From Flavobacteriaceae bacterium (GTDB lineage Bacteria; Bacteroidota; Bacteroidia; Flavobacteriales; Flavobacteriaceae), in contig JAYNHN010000002.1 of NCBI GenBank assembly GCA_038108035.1, positions 1 to 45,401 on the forward strand: DNA of 45,401 bases. The letters run 5' to 3'. Both the position numbers and the translations under genes were made by a program. The stretch's first letter is position 1. Every line of letters begins with the position of its first letter. The notes beneath the pieces were generated by a model, which saw nothing but the letters and a program-made list of their open reading frames with translations, made no database searches and was not told the DNA's origin. Shown here one piece after another: positions 43,144 through 45,401 of the stretch.

Positions 43144-45192
43144 ATGAAGAAGCGGAAATCGTTAAAAATAATTTGGACAGGGTGTTTATTTGCACTCTTT
43201 TTTCTGGTTAGCATATCAACAAATGGTCAAAATACCTCCCAAACCACAACGGTTACATTAGATGAAGTGTCATTAGAAGCGACCAAACTAGAAACCTCCA
43301 GAAATACTTTACCGGTTGCATTGAGCATTTTAGATTTTTCTAAGACGCAACCCATGTATCAGCAACTGTCATTACAGGAATATTTAGGTGCGGTACCCGG
43401 ATTATTTTCTCTAAATGCTACAAATTATGCTCAAGATCTAAGAATTTCAGTTCGTGGATTTGGTTCGCGTGCTGCTTTTGGTATTCGAGGGATAAAAATC
43501 ATCGTAGATGGAATTCCAGAAACCACCCCGGATGGACAGGGACAATTGGATAATTTACCCCTGGGAGCTTTGGATCGTATAGAGATTTTAAGAGGTCCCG
43601 CCGCAAGTTTGTATGGAAACGCCTCGGGGGGAGTAATTTATATTAATACGCTTGATAGCATAACGGAGGAATCTACTCGTTTTCGAACAACTTTTGGAGC
43701 TTATGGTCTTCAATCGTATCAATTAACCACTCAATTGAAAAATAAAAAAACAACCGCACTATTGTATGCCAATAGAACCACTACAGACGGATATCGTGGA
43801 AACAGTCGTTTGGAACAAAATGTTTTCAATGCTAAACTCAACCACCAATGGAGTGAGCAGTCTTTTATTCAAGCACAGATTAATTATACCAATAGTCCCT
43901 TGGCTCAGGATGCAGGAGGGTTAAACTTTGAAGAGGCGACCGCTGAACCCCGACAGGCCAGACAGCGAAATATAGATTACAATACCTATGAAACCGTTGA
44001 CCAATTGAAATGGGGACTGCGTTGGGTTCAATCTTTTGGAAGTCAATGGAAATGGGAAAATTATGGATTCTATTCTCTGAGGGATTTTTACGGAAAGCTC
44101 CCTTTTGAAAATGGAGGAATCATCGATTTATATCGAAATTATTTTGGCTTAGGAAGCCGACTTTCATATAATGAGCAAAAAGAAAAGGTGAATCATAGGT
44201 GGCAGCTAGGGATTGAAACCATGCAACAAAAAGATCAACGGGATCGATTTAAAAACCTTAAAGGAGTTCAGGGAGCTTTGACCTTTTCTCAATTAGAAGA
44301 ATTCGGAAGTTTTGGAATGTATATATTGGATGAATTGGAATGGAAAAAATGGTTGCTAAGAACGAGTTTACGTTATGATCATCAGTCATTGGGAGCTGAT
44401 ACAGTAGAAGAAAACCAAGTGTACTCCGTTTTGAATCCCAGTTTTGGATTAAGTCATGAGATTTCAAATCGTCACCGCCTTTTCGTAAACTTTTCAACCA
44501 GCTTCGAGACCCCAACATTAAGCGAGTTATCAGCAAACCCTTCAGGAGCGGAAGGCTTGAATTTAAATTTAGATCCCTCTTTTGCGCTTAATTACGAAGT
44601 CGGCTGGAAAGCACTTTTTTCTAAAGTTCGTTTGGAAGCCAATGTATTTTTCATTCAGAGTACCAATGAGATTTTACCGTATGAATTGGAAGCATTTCCG
44701 GGACGTTCTTTTTATCGGAACGTTGGAGCTACCAATCGTTTTGGATTGGAAGCCTTTGGAACCTACCAATGGAATCAGTGGAAACTCGAAGCCAGTGTAA
44801 CTCAAGCCCAATATGTATTTAAAAGTACTGAAGAAAATCCCAATTCCGATTTGAATGGAAATCAACTTCCAGGGATCCCAGGGAGTCAGTTTTTTGTTCA
44901 ATTGGGATACGAATCTCTAAAGGACTGGCAATGGCAGGTTAGTATTGAACACATCGGAGAATTTTATGCAAATAATGTCAATACCGTTGTCATCGAGGCG
45001 TATCAGAAGATCCGCTTTCAGACTCAAAAAAAATGGAATCTTTCGTGGGGAAGTATTTCAGCTTTTGGAGGGATTCAAAATCTGCTCAATGCTCAGTATT
45101 TTGACAACATCCGACTTAATGCTTTTGGAGCAAGACACTTTGAGCCGGCTCCCGGGAGAAATGCATTTGGAGGTATTTCTATTGGGATTTGA
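43144..45192 (+). CDS. TonB-dependent outer-membrane receptor (non-SusC type)
   Basis: 682 aa with a signal peptide. The plug domain is DLRISVRGFGSRAAFGIRGIKIIVDGIPETTPDG...EILRGPAASLYGNASGG. The rest is a beta-barrel. No susD-like gene follows. Confidence 0.9.
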   Translation: MKKRKSLKIIWTGCLFALFFLVSISTNGQNTSQTTTVTLDEVSLEATKLETSRNTLPVALSILDFSKTQPMYQQLSLQEYLGAVPGLFSLNATNYAQDLRISVRGFGSRAAFGIRGIKIIVDGIPETTPDGQGQLDNLPLGALDRIEILRGPAASLYGNASGGVIYINTLDSITEESTRFRTTFGAYGLQSYQLTTQLKNKKTTALLYANRTTTDGYRGNSRLEQNVFNAKLNHQWSEQSFIQAQINYTNSPLAQDAGGLNFEEATAEPRQARQRNIDYNTYETVDQLKWGLRWVQSFGSQWKWENYGFYSLRDFYGKLPFENGGIIDLYRNYFGLGSRLSYNEQKEKVNHRWQLGIETMQQKDQRDRFKNLKGVQGALTFSQLEEFGSFGMYILDELEWKKWLLRTSLRYDHQSLGADTVEENQVYSVLNPSFGLSHEISNRHRLFVNFSTSFETPTLSELSANPSGAEGLNLNLDPSFALNYEVGWKALFSKVRLEANVFFIQSTNEILPYELEAFPGRSFYRNVGATNRFGLEAFGTYQWNQWKLEASVTQAQYVFKSTEENPNSDLNGNQLPGIPGSQFFVQLGYESLKDWQWQVSIEHIGEFYANNVNTVVIEAYQKIRFQTQKKWNLSWGSISAFGGIQNLLNAQYFDNIRLNAFGARHFEPAPGRNAFGGISIGI

Positions 45193-45321
45193 GAATTTTC
45201 GAAATAATGGAATGTCAAGCATGAATAAGCGAATGATCGTTTGAGAATTTTTATGACCAGCAAATCATAATACGAATCAGTGATCGTACTTGATTAAATG
45301 CTTTTATTTAATTTTAAATCC

Positions 45322-45355
45322 CCCCTATTAAGAGGTGATTTAGGGGTGTGTTTTT
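45322..45355 (+). terminator. Weak candidate terminator hairpin downstream of the TonB-dependent receptor
   Basis: CCCCTA (45322..45327) pairs with TAGGGG (45341..45346) across a 13-nt loop, followed by TGTGTTTTT. The loop is long and an alternative AAATC/GATTT pairing competes. Confidence 0.3.
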
Positions 45356-45401
45356 AGATGGATTTATTTAATAGCTAGATGTTTTTAAAAAGATGTTCTT
45401 C

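Noticed and set aside
45375-45401. A possible 3' end of a minus-strand gene (…EEHLFKNI*, TAG at 45375..45377) entering from beyond the window
   Set aside because: Only 8 codons are visible, so it cannot be supported.
1-45401. A scan for CRISPR repeats, tRNA/rRNA-like segments, IS/transposase/integrase genes, toxin-antitoxin pairs and known defence-system genes
   Set aside because: None was recognised by eye. There are no regularly spaced repeats, no long terminal inverted repeats and no recombinase-like ORFs. A computational scan (tRNAscan, Infernal/Rfam, ISfinder, DefenseFinder-type tools) would be needed to exclude small or divergent elements.

Overview
This is a densely coded chromosomal segment with about 45 protein genes on both strands and very short intergenic spacers. 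It looks like a Bacteroidota / Flavobacteriia-type genome, probably marine. The signs are lipoprotein-type signal peptides ending in C on many exported enzymes, a DUF4369+TlpA architecture, a sulfate-assimilation operon containing DUF2061, a TonB-dependent receptor, GH16 and GH32 genes, and little Shine-Dalgarno signal. I found no rRNA, tRNA, CRISPR array, transposase, integrase or recognisable defence system. All family assignments come from motif recognition by eye; nothing was searched.

Layout:
- 1-4.4 kb: a DUF819 membrane protein fragment, an MBL-fold hydrolase, a sialate O-acetylesterase and a DinB/DUF1572 protein.
- 4.5-12.6 kb, minus strand: a nine-gene assimilatory sulfate reduction and siroheme operon (Rrf2 regulator, DUF2061, cysH, cysD, cysN, sulfite reductase, cobA, sirC-like, TrxR-type ferredoxin-NADP reductase). 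The sulfite reductase is split by a one-base frame change in an A7 run.
- 12.6-13.9 kb: a very AT-rich island with only orphan ORFs, a perfect tandem 12-mer and a tiny hydrophobic ORF.
- 13.9-15.8 kb: a small membrane protein and a photolyase/cryptochrome.
- 15.9-22.4 kb: three exported enzymes (M14 carboxypeptidase, Ntn penicillin/AHL-acylase family, M81 MlrC-like peptidase).
- 22.7-25.6 kb: an MFS sugar porter and a GH32 lipoprotein.
- 25.7-27.8 kb: a translationally coupled enolase-superfamily epimerase and a DUF1611 protein.
- 27.8-32.6 kb: a GhrA-like dehydrogenase, a CAP-domain lipoprotein, a YkuK/DUF458 protein, an ABA4-like protein, OsmC and a secreted M20 amidohydrolase.
- 32.7-33.8 kb: a multiply disrupted TlpA-like thiol:disulfide oxidoreductase pseudogene.
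- 34.1-45.2 kb: an AGCS symporter, a small lipoprotein, a Tat-signal aminotransferase, an unknown secreted protein, an SSS transporter, a NupC transporter, a GH16 laminarinase-type lipoprotein, a pirin and a TonB-dependent receptor.

I do not see a clear multi-gene novel system. The most checkable oddities are:
- the sulfite reductase frame change;
- the exported acylase/MlrC/M14 module;
- the epimerase-DUF1611 pair;
- the AT-rich orphan island;
- an interrupted small membrane ORF coupled to OsmC by an ATGA overlap;
- the Tat-exported PLP aminotransferase;
- the decayed TlpA gene.
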